NCBI GenBank assembly: GCA_965224705.1
Contig: OZ245056.1
Span: 832,001-896,000 of the forward strand
Reading direction: 5' to 3'
DNA length: 64,000 nucleotides
Source of the DNA: Spirochaetaceae bacterium
Lineage (GTDB): Bacteria > Spirochaetota > Spirochaetia > DSM-2461
Positions within the stretch are counted from its first letter, which is position 1. Each line of letters opens with the position of its first letter. The translations under genes and the position numbers were made by a program. Below the pieces are notes generated by a model. That model did no database searches. It had not been told where the DNA came from and saw nothing but the letters and a program-made list of their open reading frames with translations. Below, one piece after another: positions 50,339-59,434 of the stretch.

Positions 50339-50989
50339 ATGCTGTATGGAAGGGAGCGTAAAGATGCTGCTGCGGCAATGCGGCGGCTCTATTATCAAAA
50401 TCTAACCACCTGCTCAGGCGGAAACATCAGCCTGCGGGTCGACAAGAATAGGTTCATCATCACCCCTTCAGGCCTGGATAAGGCGTTGATAACGGCCCGA
50501 AATGTCGCCGTAATGGTCTTTTCCGGCGAAAATCTTACCCCAAAACTCAAACCAAGTATTGAAACGTCGATGCATGAAATAATCCTTTCATCCCGCGCGG
50601 ACATCAATGCCGTTGTTCACGCCCACCCAAAACATGCCACTTTCTTTACGGCAGCCCAATCCCATCATATCCGCACAGACCTCATTGCCGAAGCCAGATA
50701 CCTGTTGGGAGAACCGGCCTTCGCAGCCTATGAATTGATGGGAACGACCGCTTTGGGAAACAGTGCTGCCGCCGCCCTTGCCCAAGGGGCTGTAGCGGTA
50801 TTATTGGAGAATCACGGCATCATCACCGTTGGTAAAACCCTTCTACAGGCTTTTGACCGAATGGAAGTGCTTGAATCTGCCGCGGAAATGACCTTGATGG
50901 CAGCACAGATTGGGGATATCTCCCCTTTGGGACCTTCACGGCTGAAGGAAATAGATGAAATGCATACGGGGGCTCAGGAGAAAGGATGA
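50339..50989 (+). CDS. Class II aldolase/adducin family protein
   Basis: GGNIS.R, ITPSG, KPSIE..MH, VVHAHP, LLENHG. Confidence 0.9.
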   Translation: MLYGRERKDAAAAMRRLYYQNLTTCSGGNISLRVDKNRFIITPSGLDKALITARNVAVMVFSGENLTPKLKPSIETSMHEIILSSRADINAVVHAHPKHATFFTAAQSHHIRTDLIAEARYLLGEPAFAAYELMGTTALGNSAAAALAQGAVAVLLENHGIITVGKTLLQAFDRMEVLESAAEMTLMAAQIGDISPLGPSRLKEIDEMHTGAQEKG

Positions 50990-51099
50990 CCGCGAATCAG
51001 GTGGTCCGTTTATTAAAAAACTAAAACGGAATGATGGGTGGTTCCAGACTACCATCCATCATGATCGTTTTTTAGTGCTCGCCGAAAAAGGAGTCGAAT

Positions 51100-52095
51100 A
51101 TGAAAATACTGGGCACCGGGATTTACGTCCCTGGACCACCGCTGAGCCATGATGATGTCATGCAAAAAGCCGGGATTGATTTTGATGGTAAAAAGATCTC
51201 AGACAAACTCGGGATAGTACACCGGCACATAGCTCATCTTTCCGGGATTGAGGAAACCACGGCCGATTTTGCTGAGAAAGCCGCCTGGGCCGCTCTGAAA
51301 GATGCCAATGTGGACGAGAAGAAAGTGGGACTCTTTGTAATAGCAACGGACACTCCGGAGTTCATCTCCCCATCCACGGCCATGATAGTTCAAGGACGAA
51401 TTCAAAAAGGGGGAACCCTTGCCGGATCCTTTGATGTGTCAGCCAGTTGCTCCAGTTTTGTTACATCCCTTCAGTCAGCTTCCAATGCACTTCTGGCAGA
51501 TCCGTCCATCGGTTACGCACTGGTTATTGGAGTATATAACATGCCTGCCTACTTCCGGCCGGGGGATGCGTTCGGCTATTCCATTTTTGCAGACGGGGCA
51601 GGTGCGTGGCTCATTGGTCCAGACGATGAAAACAGCCGCCTTACAGCCACACAGATGTATACTGACGGCACCCAATGGGACTATGTTGGAGTGTATTCTG
51701 GAGGCACTCGCCAGCCAGTGACTGTGGAGAGAATCAACGCCGGGGAATATGGCCTCCAACTCCTCCAACGCCTTCCCGGCAATCGAAACGTTGAGCTCTG
51801 GCCCATGGTAATGGAGTCCTTGATGACCAAAGCCGGGAAGAAACAAAATGAAGCAGACCATTACCTCTTCACTCAGATCAACCGTGAAGTCATAGTGAAG
51901 GTAATGGAAATCATTGACCAGCCCATGGAGAAAACGACCTGTGTAATGGATCGCTATGGTTACACTGGTTCGGCCTGCATTCCAATGGCCTTTCATGAGG
52001 CGGTAAAAAAGAAACGAATAAACCGGGGCGACGAAGTTCTGATCATGGCTTCCGGGGCCGGTCTGGCTGTGAGTTCTGCTCTATTCGTTTATTGA
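51100..52095 (+). CDS. KAS III (FabH)-like thiolase-fold protein with atypical active site
   Basis: ILGTG.YVP, ASCSSF, FADGAGA, GAGL; TQIN and GYTGSA in place of HQAN and GNTSAA. Confidence 0.85.
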   Translation: MKILGTGIYVPGPPLSHDDVMQKAGIDFDGKKISDKLGIVHRHIAHLSGIEETTADFAEKAAWAALKDANVDEKKVGLFVIATDTPEFISPSTAMIVQGRIQKGGTLAGSFDVSASCSSFVTSLQSASNALLADPSIGYALVIGVYNMPAYFRPGDAFGYSIFADGAGAWLIGPDDENSRLTATQMYTDGTQWDYVGVYSGGTRQPVTVERINAGEYGLQLLQRLPGNRNVELWPMVMESLMTKAGKKQNEADHYLFTQINREVIVKVMEIIDQPMEKTTCVMDRYGYTGSACIPMAFHEAVKKKRINRGDEVLIMASGAGLAVSSALFVY

Positions 52096-52152
52096 ATTTA
52101 CCGGAAAACTCGTACCTTGATCCATGATGGAGCATCAAGTATAATTGGTAGA

Positions 52153-52722
52153 ATGAGGGTTAAATACTTACATTGTGCTTTTTTACTTCTGGTTCCTGCG
52201 TATTGCTTCGGGAATGTTGGCATACCGGTTATAGCACTGACATATCCAGGTTTCGCAGTACTTCTGCTGCCAATAATAATCACAGAGTATTTTATAATCA
52301 AATCCATTATTAATATAGAAAAAAAACCAATACTTGTAAGTACAGTTGTTTCCAATCTGGCTTCGACTCTCATCGGTGTACCACTGGCCTGGGCTGTTTT
52401 ACTGATACTGGAGATGATTACGACTGGCGGTGCGGCCATTCAGTCAGAAGGACTGATGTATTTTGTCGGATCTATTGCCCTTCAGTCTGCCTGGATGCTC
52501 CCCCCGGATTACTACTGGATGCTTCCTGCAGCTATCATTGTGAACCTGATTCCCGCTTTCTTTCTCTCAAAGTATTCCGAATACATAATTACGAAGAAAA
52601 TGATAAAAACAGTAGAAAAAAATCAGATTAAAAAAGCAGTTTTCAAGGCAAACAATGTAACCTATGGCGGCCTGTTCGCTATCGCTGTCGGATACCTGAT
52701 AATAACTCTGGTTCTAACTTGA
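52153..52722 (+). CDS. Hypothetical membrane protein
   Basis: AT-rich ORF with about 5 hydrophobic segments; SNLASTLIGVPL motif; start uncertain. Confidence 0.65.
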   Translation: MRVKYLHCAFLLLVPAYCFGNVGIPVIALTYPGFAVLLLPIIITEYFIIKSIINIEKKPILVSTVVSNLASTLIGVPLAWAVLLILEMITTGGAAIQSEGLMYFVGSIALQSAWMLPPDYYWMLPAAIIVNLIPAFFLSKYSEYIITKKMIKTVEKNQIKKAVFKANNVTYGGLFAIAVGYLIITLVLT

Positions 52723-54002
52723 ATGCCCTGAATCCCGCCCAGGACATTGAAAATGGTCGTTATAATGAAATCTTTTCGACCTTATACCCCGGTGAAGATC
52801 TATCCTTTCATCGGGAACGCTGGCTCTCTTTGATTGAGATTCATCGTAATAATACCGGGCAACTATCGCCGAGATTTTTTTCAGCCCCTGGAAGGACTGA
52901 GCTTGCCGGCAACCACACCGACCACAACCGGGGACGAGTTCTCGCTGCCAGCATTCAATTGGATACCATAGCCGCAATAACTGAGACCAATGATGACAGG
53001 GTAAACATTCTCTCAGAAGGATATCCGCCCGTACATGTTGATCTGAACTGTCTCGATAAAGCTAAAACCGAAAGTGGAAAAACCGATTCCCTCATACGAG
53101 GAATTGCTGCTTCCATTGTTAAGAGAGGGGGGAAAGTTGGCGGTTTCACAGCGTCTACGACCTCGCGGGTTCTCAAAGGTTCAGGATTAAGCTCATCGGC
53201 CGCTCTTGAGATCCTGGTTGGATCCATATACAGCGAGGTTTACAATAAAGGACGATTCAGTCCTGTGGAACTGGCCATCATAGGGCAGGAAGCTGAAAAC
53301 AACTATTTTGACAAGCCCAGCGGCCTGATGGATCAAATTGCCTGTGCTGTTGGAGGTGTTGTCAGTATTGATTTCGTTGACGCACTTCATCCACTGGTGG
53401 AACCCCTGAATGCCTGTTTCACCGAAACAGGATACACCCTGGCTATAGTGGATTCAAAAGCTGACCATGCCAACCTTACGCCGGATTACGCCGCTGTTCC
53501 CATGGAAATGCAGGCTGTAGCAGCGGAACTCAATGCAGAGGTTCTTCGTGATACTGTCGAAGAAGAATTCTACAAAGCCATACCCCGCCTGCGAGAGAAT
53601 ACAGGGGACAGGGCAATCCTCCGGGCACTCCATTTCTATACTGAAAATAAAAGAGTCGATGCCATGGCAGATTCTTTGAAACAGAGGGATATTGACTCCT
53701 ACCTTGCAGGCGTTCAACTTTCTGGAGACTCATCTTTTCGATTCCTGCAAAACATTTATTCGTCCCGAAATCCTGAAAACCAGGCTCTCACTCTTGCCCT
53801 GGCCCTGACAGATCTTTTTCTGGATGGTCAGGGTGCATCCAGGGTTCATGGCGGCGGATTTGCGGGAACAATACAGGCCTTCATACCGACACCTCGATTC
53901 AACGATTATGTTCAATACATGGAGAACTTCTTTGGAACGGGCTGTGTGCTGAACCTTGAAGTTCGAACTTCTCCAGCAGGAGAGATCAAAGCTGATTTAT
54001 GA
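52719..54002 (+). CDS. galK: Galactokinase-family GHMP kinase
   Basis: APGRTELAGNHTDHN, GSGLSSSAA, KPSGLMDQ, RVHGGGFAG. Confidence 0.85.
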   Translation: MNALNPAQDIENGRYNEIFSTLYPGEDLSFHRERWLSLIEIHRNNTGQLSPRFFSAPGRTELAGNHTDHNRGRVLAASIQLDTIAAITETNDDRVNILSEGYPPVHVDLNCLDKAKTESGKTDSLIRGIAASIVKRGGKVGGFTASTTSRVLKGSGLSSSAALEILVGSIYSEVYNKGRFSPVELAIIGQEAENNYFDKPSGLMDQIACAVGGVVSIDFVDALHPLVEPLNACFTETGYTLAIVDSKADHANLTPDYAAVPMEMQAVAAELNAEVLRDTVEEEFYKAIPRLRENTGDRAILRALHFYTENKRVDAMADSLKQRDIDSYLAGVQLSGDSSFRFLQNIYSSRNPENQALTLALALTDLFLDGQGASRVHGGGFAGTIQAFIPTPRFNDYVQYMENFFGTGCVLNLEVRTSPAGEIKADL

Positions 54003-54957
54003 CGACATTTCCTTTTTTTCGTCCGGTTTCAACATACCTGTGAGCTTCGGCAGTTTCTTCCAGCGGATAGCATCGGTCTATAACCGATTGTATCTTTTTT
54101 TCTTCAATCATCTTCTTGAGGAAAACCAGATCCTTGATAATTTCTTTTGCCGGTCTCGCATATGTGGCCGCAAGAATAGCCTTTTTCCTACTGAACTTTG
54201 AAGTCCATAACATTGACAGAATAGTGGATAACCTGCCGGAATTAAGATAGACCCCCTCCTGCTTCAACGACCCTTTACAACGGGAAAACGGTTCTTTGCC
54301 TGTCGTGTCAAAAATAATATCATAGGTCTGGTTGTTTCTGGTGAAATCGGTTTCAGTGTAATCAATTACCATATTGGCTCCTAAGGATTTCACTAATTCT
54401 AAATTAGCCGTACTACATACACCGGTAACTTCTGTCCCGAAATACCTGGCAACCTGTATTGAAGCCGTACCGACTGATCCGGAAGCACCATTAATAAGAA
54501 CTCTTTGTTTACTTTTAATATTGGCCTTATTTCGAAGAAAATGCAGTGCTGTCAATCCACCTTCAACAACAGCGGCGGATTCCTCATGAGTCATGTTCTC
54601 AGGTTTCACGGCCAGTGCCCCATCTTCCGGCATACACTTGAATTCAGCATGGGCACCCATAGAACTTCCAGTCATTCCAAATACAAGGTCACCCTTGCTG
54701 AACAATCTCACATCTTTACCAACGGCTTCAATTTCTCCAGACAGCTCCTGCCCCAATATGTTTTTGATGGGTTTTGTGAGACCCATGAAGAATCTGACAA
54801 AAAAAGGCCTTCCTTTTCGACCGATGAGGCCCGCTGTTGTGGCGGCTGCCGCATGAATTCTGATGAGTACTTCATTATCCCTGGGAACAGGTTTTTCCAC
54901 CTCCTGGAGTTGAAGAACATCCGGTTTTCCGTATTTTGTGCATACAATCGCTTTCAT
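53986..54957 (-). CDS. MDR-family NAD(P)-dependent oxidoreductase
   Basis: YGKPDVLQL, INGASGSVG, LGA..VIDY, AH.YVE.GRKKGNVV. Confidence 0.9.
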   Translation of the reverse strand: MKAIVCTKYGKPDVLQLQEVEKPVPRDNEVLIRIHAAAATTAGLIGRKGRPFFVRFFMGLTKPIKNILGQELSGEIEAVGKDVRLFSKGDLVFGMTGSSMGAHAEFKCMPEDGALAVKPENMTHEESAAVVEGGLTALHFLRNKANIKSKQRVLINGASGSVGTASIQVARYFGTEVTGVCSTANLELVKSLGANMVIDYTETDFTRNNQTYDIIFDTTGKEPFSRCKGSLKQEGVYLNSGRLSTILSMLWTSKFSRKKAILAATYARPAKEIIKDLVFLKKMIEEKKIQSVIDRCYPLEETAEAHRYVETGRKKGNVVINQL

Positions 54958-55104
54958 GATTCTCCTCCTTACTCTGTGAAGTTATGAACCAATGTTCATT
55001 TTACTTGAACCTGTCATCTGAAGACTTCCCTGTATTGTAGCGATTTGCTTCATGTATCACAATCATTCGTTCATTTGCAAATTGCCAGCCATGTTCTCTT
55101 ATAC

Positions 55105-55166
55105 TTGACAAATCTCATAATCAATACTAAAATGCAGCCTTGAAAACTCAATTTCTTATAAGGAGG
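55105..55166 (+). promoter_or_regulatory. Sigma70 promoter and RBS of the TAXI operon
   Basis: TTGACA-17 bp-TAAAAT; AAGGAGG before ATG 55172. Confidence 0.7.
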
Positions 55167-55171
55167 AAATT

Positions 55172-56176
55172 ATGTCACAGCATTACAGAATCCAGGTTCT
55201 GATTATAGGATTGTTCCTTTTACCGGCATCGATTCTTCTGGCAGCAGGCCAACCCGAAGAAGCCGGAACTACCGAAGAAGCCGGAACTACCAAAGAAGAA
55301 TCCTGGCAGTTGATTATCGGTACCGGAGGGACATCCGGAACCTATTACCCCATAGGCGGAGCGCTCAAAACCGTGTTTGAGGAGAGCCAGCTCGTTGACT
55401 CGCTAACGGTTGAATCAACCGGAGCCTCGGTTATGAACATCAACAATATCGATTCCGGGTTAAACCAAATCGCAATAGTCATGAGCGATGTCGCCTACGA
55501 CGCATTCAATGGCCGGGGACGCTTTGAAAACAAACCCATCGATATTCGTGCCATAGCGGGTATGTACCCCAATGTTGTCCAGATTATTGCCACTGCTGCC
55601 AGCGGAATAACTTCTGTAGAGGATATGCGGGGCAAGAGGATAGGTGTCGGCAAGGTCGGTTCCGGAGTGGAGCAAAGTGCCAACAAGGTACTCGAAGCGA
55701 CCGGCCTCAGTTATGATGATCTTGGACAGGTAACCAACACGGGATATGCGGACAGTGTACAGGCCATGCAGAATGGAACACTGGATGCGGCATTCTTTAC
55801 ATCGGGTGTTCCCAATTCCAGTATTGTCAATGTCATGCAGAGCATGGATGTCGTCTTTGTTCCTGTTTCGGGTCAAATTGCCTCCAATCTCATTGCGTCC
55901 TATCCATTTTATGAGGAATACACAATCCCTGCCGGCGTTGCAGCCCAGTACAGTCTTGACAAACCGCTGGAGACAGTCGCCATACGGAATCTTCTTATTA
56001 CCAGTGCGGAACTTCCCGACGATCTCGTACAGGAACTGACCAGCCGTTTCTATGACTATCTTGGAAGTGATCTGGTTACCATCGGCGCACTGCGTCAATT
56101 TGATCGTGAAGAAATGGACAGCGGTCTCGTGGTGGATCTCCATTCGGGGGCACAGGAATTTTACACTTCCCGTTGA
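55172..56176 (+). CDS. TAXI-family TRAP solute-binding protein
   Basis: IGTGGTSGTYYPIG, STGASV.N, G..GSG, G.LDAAF. Confidence 0.92.
   Translation: MSQHYRIQVLIIGLFLLPASILLAAGQPEEAGTTEEAGTTKEESWQLIIGTGGTSGTYYPIGGALKTVFEESQLVDSLTVESTGASVMNINNIDSGLNQIAIVMSDVAYDAFNGRGRFENKPIDIRAIAGMYPNVVQIIATAASGITSVEDMRGKRIGVGKVGSGVEQSANKVLEATGLSYDDLGQVTNTGYADSVQAMQNGTLDAAFFTSGVPNSSIVNVMQSMDVVFVPVSGQIASNLIASYPFYEEYTIPAGVAAQYSLDKPLETVAIRNLLITSAELPDDLVQELTSRFYDYLGSDLVTIGALRQFDREEMDSGLVVDLHSGAQEFYTSR
55254..55289 (+). repeat. 18-bp tandem duplication (EEAGTT x2) in the post-signal linker
   Basis: CCGAAGAAGCCGGAACTA repeated twice. Confidence 0.85.
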
Positions 56177-56832
56177 TGGGAAACCGGGACTTAAGTAGGA
56201 GCCTGTCGGATTTACGTCTCACGGCTCGATTTTTGCCCTTTTTCCCTGCTGCTGCGTTGCCAAAATACTCACGTAGCCCAGCTACGCTCCGTTTTTGTCG
56301 CCTTGCATCAGGAAAAAATCATCAAAAATCGCCTCGAAGCCTTAAAATCCGACAGACTCCTAGATTCCTTTTTATCTTAAATGTACTGTATTTCGGAATA
56401 ACTCCCATCCTTAGCCCGGGCGGGATGGGAGAATCCGATACATGCCTTGCGCTAAGCCGGAATGATGAACTCTTTCTGACAATTACGGTTTCCTTACCAC
56501 AGGACTTTGAGATTTCCTGGCTGCATTCCGTAGAAAAGGAAGAATGGCGGGAACAGTTTGTCATTGGTATCGACAGGACTATTCACATTGAGTCAACTCG
56601 GTTTCGTACATTTGGAGCAGGCGTACCGGACAATGCCCCGGAGACAGCAACTCAGGATGGGTGGGTTACTATGAGCGGCCTAAACCGTCAGGTTGATCCC
56701 CTGGTCCTTCGCTCCAATAATGAGACCAATCACAGGCTGAGCATAGCAAATCAGACCTATGTACTACCCGAAGGACAGTATTGGTTCACCGTCACGGACA
56801 CATGTTCAAAAGGGAAGAGAAAAATGCGATGA
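56176..56832 (+). CDS. DUF1850 family protein (TAXI-associated) carrying an in-frame 55-codon MITE insert
   Basis: F.ISWLHSVEKEEW.E, F.TFGAGVP; lies between the TAXI SBP and the fused permease. Confidence 0.85.
   Translation: MGNRDLSRSLSDLRLTARFLPFFPAAALPKYSRSPATLRFCRLASGKNHQKSPRSLKIRQTPRFLFILNVLYFGITPILSPGGMGESDTCLALSRNDELFLTITVSLPQDFEISWLHSVEKEEWREQFVIGIDRTIHIESTRFRTFGAGVPDNAPETATQDGWVTMSGLNRQVDPLVLRSNNETNHRLSIANQTYVLPEGQYWFTVTDTCSKGKRKMR
56199..56359 (+). mobile_element. 161-bp palindromic MITE-like element, copy 4 (inside DUF1850 gene)
   Basis: TIR GAGCCTGTCGGATTT/AAATCCGACAGACTC; flanks GTAG/CTAG. Confidence 0.92.
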
Positions 56833-58976
56833 AGAATAAGGACGGTATAGTGGAAGATAAAAACCTATCGCCCCCATTCGACCCGGACATATCCGGCGAC
56901 AAACATGAACCGCAGAGACTGACTCGTTATATAGGCCTGGTGGTATCGACACTGGCAGTCCTGCTTGGTCTTTTCCATCTCTACACATCCTTCGCAGGAC
57001 CTCTTGTGGACTTTCGCCAACGCAGTCTCCATCTCTACAGCCTGCTGACCATTGCATTTCTTGTCTATCCGGGAAGGTTGAAGAAAAAAAACATCCCTTT
57101 TCCCGGCATAATTCTAGCTATTCTCTCGCTTGCTATCGGTGTCTACATGCTTATAGCCTATGACCGCATAGCCCGCACGGGGGGAATTATTCAACAATTG
57201 GATTTTTTTCTTGGCATAGCAGCTCTGCTGCTCGTCATTGAGGCAACACGCCGCGCCCTCGGATGGAGTCTGCCCCTGCTGGCCCTTGGATTTTTGACTT
57301 ATGGAATATGGGCCAAACTCAGGATATATCCCAACTTAACCCCTCCCATTATTCTGGCATCAACAAAATCCATCATCGTCCACCTTGTCTATGTGACGGA
57401 AGGTCTGCTTTCCACCGCCATCGGTGTTTCCGCAAGCTACATTATTCTTTTCATTCTTTTCGGCAGCTTCTTACTGAAAACCGGAACGGGGGTTTTATTT
57501 CAAGACTTTTCTATGGCCATAAGTGGTGCAAGCGATGGCGGACCGGCAAAAGTGGCCACCATTGCAAGCGGTCTGATGGGCAGTATAAACGGAGCTGCCG
57601 TAGCCAATGTTGTCACAACCGGCACATTCACCATCCCCCTGATGAAGAAGGTCGGTTATAACAAAGACTTCGCCGGGGCTGTTGAGGCCAGTGCCAGCGT
57701 TGGCGGTCAGATTCTGCCGCCCATAATGGGTGCCGCGGCATTCATTATGGCAGAAAATCTGGGTATACCTTATCTGCAAATTGTCCTTGCCGGCATAATT
57801 CCGGCTCTACTGTATTACTTCGGTGTTCTGATACAGGTTCATCTCCGTGCCAAACGCCGCGGGCTTTCCGGATTGTCCAGGGATCAACTTCCCGGACTGC
57901 GCGAGGTAATGCGTTTACGGGGTTATCTGCTGTTTCCCGTTTTGGTTCTTGTCTGGCTGCTCTTCAGTGGACGAACACCGATTTTTGCAGCCTTCTGGTC
58001 CATAGTCAGTATCGTTCTGATTACCGCTTCTTCCCGATTTTTGAAGTTTGTTAGCGCAGCCGTCACATTGCTTGTCTTTTTTCCCAGTATCGCCGCATTT
58101 CTCGATACCGGAAGCTTCCCACTGCCCTTTGCTTTTCCCACTTTGGCGGTGCTTATTGCTGTTTCGGTTCTGCTCAATATTCTGTTCAGGTACAACCGAA
58201 AAGAATCAACCAGCCTGACCACCGTTGTGTCCGCCATTAACGACGGTGTCAGAGCCACTACAGGAGTTGCCCTGGCCTGTGCCTGTGTCGGTATTGTGGT
58301 GGGGATCTCCACCCAGACGGGTATTGCGCTTAATCTGGCAAACTTTGTCATAAAAGCGGGACAGCGAATTACGATACCGGCCTTACAGTTGTTCATTACC
58401 CTGATCCTGACGATGCTGACTTCAATCGTTCTAGGAATGGGATTGCCCAGCATTCCCACCTATATAATAACAAGTACAATGGCAGCTCCCATTTTGCTTG
58501 GTACCAGTTTTTTCTCCCAGATAATGGGCAGCACGGAGAATGCCATTTTTGTCGCCCACATGTTTGTCTTCTATTTCGGTATCTTTGCCAACATTACCCC
58601 ACCCGTTGCTCTGGCCGCCTTTGCCGGTGCGGGAATTAGCGGAGGCAATCCCACACGTACCGGCTTCATTGCAATGAAACTGTCCCTGGCAGGGTTTATT
58701 GTCCCCTTCCTCTTTGCCTTTGCGCCGCAGCTGTTGTTGATCAATATAGACCTGTCCATAATCTGGACCATTATCGGTGCCTTTGTTGGTGTGTTTATGC
58801 TATCGACGGCTGTCGAAGGCTATTGGCGAAGAACACTGCCTGTCTGGCTGCGCATAATTGTGGGCATAGCGGCAGTATTGTTTATCTACCCCAACCTTGT
58901 AAGCGACATTTTTGGTCTGTCCGCATTCCTTCTTCTGCTGCGCTTTGTATGGTGGCCGGGTAAGAATAAATCCTGA
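56829..58976 (+). CDS. TRAP transporter fused 4TM/12TM permease
   Basis: GGPAKVA, ANVVTTGTFTIPLMK, GGQILPPIMGAAAF, LGMGLP, NITPPVALAAF. Confidence 0.93.
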   Translation: MKNKDGIVEDKNLSPPFDPDISGDKHEPQRLTRYIGLVVSTLAVLLGLFHLYTSFAGPLVDFRQRSLHLYSLLTIAFLVYPGRLKKKNIPFPGIILAILSLAIGVYMLIAYDRIARTGGIIQQLDFFLGIAALLLVIEATRRALGWSLPLLALGFLTYGIWAKLRIYPNLTPPIILASTKSIIVHLVYVTEGLLSTAIGVSASYIILFILFGSFLLKTGTGVLFQDFSMAISGASDGGPAKVATIASGLMGSINGAAVANVVTTGTFTIPLMKKVGYNKDFAGAVEASASVGGQILPPIMGAAAFIMAENLGIPYLQIVLAGIIPALLYYFGVLIQVHLRAKRRGLSGLSRDQLPGLREVMRLRGYLLFPVLVLVWLLFSGRTPIFAAFWSIVSIVLITASSRFLKFVSAAVTLLVFFPSIAAFLDTGSFPLPFAFPTLAVLIAVSVLLNILFRYNRKESTSLTTVVSAINDGVRATTGVALACACVGIVVGISTQTGIALNLANFVIKAGQRITIPALQLFITLILTMLTSIVLGMGLPSIPTYIITSTMAAPILLGTSFFSQIMGSTENAIFVAHMFVFYFGIFANITPPVALAAFAGAGISGGNPTRTGFIAMKLSLAGFIVPFLFAFAPQLLLINIDLSIIWTIIGAFVGVFMLSTAVEGYWRRTLPVWLRIIVGIAAVLFIYPNLVSDIFGLSAFLLLLRFVWWPGKNKS

Positions 58977-59128
58977 TGTCAGCACCGATAATAGATCTCC
59001 AAAAAACACCGAAATAAAATTTCCGGTTTTGAGCCAAAAAACGAGCAAGCATCTGAAAGATGGAGCAAAACCCAGCTTACATCAGAAGGATACTGCCCCC
59101 GAAACTCCAGTAGAAACGTATGCACCAG

Positions 59129-59285
59129 GAGTCCGTCGGAATTTAAAGCTGCAAGGCGATTTTTGATGATTTTTTCCTGATACAAGGCGCCAAAAGCGGA
59201 GCGTGGGCTACGGGAGTATTTTGACAACGCAGCAGCAGGAAAAAAGGGCAAAAATCGAGCCGTGAGGCGTAAGTCCGACAGACTC
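59129..59285 (-). mobile_element. Palindromic MITE-like element, copy 5 (157 bp, 4-bp deletion in the central hairpin)
   Basis: GAGTCCGTCGGAATT...AAGTCCGACAGACTC; flanks CCAG/ATAG. Confidence 0.85.
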
Positions 59286-59434
59286 ATAGAGCAGAGCGGG
59301 GATTATACTGTGTATAGCTACGATCTTTTGAACTGCCTGCCTGGTATAATATTTTCCAATCCATCTTGCATAACTCCTGTCGAATTTCCCTTATTGCTTC
59401 CATTCCTTATACCATTCCGCTATAATGCAAAATC

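Noticed and set aside
55254..55289. 18-bp tandem repeat as a phase-variation locus
   Set aside because: In-frame two-copy duplication in a flexible linker; no on/off effect.
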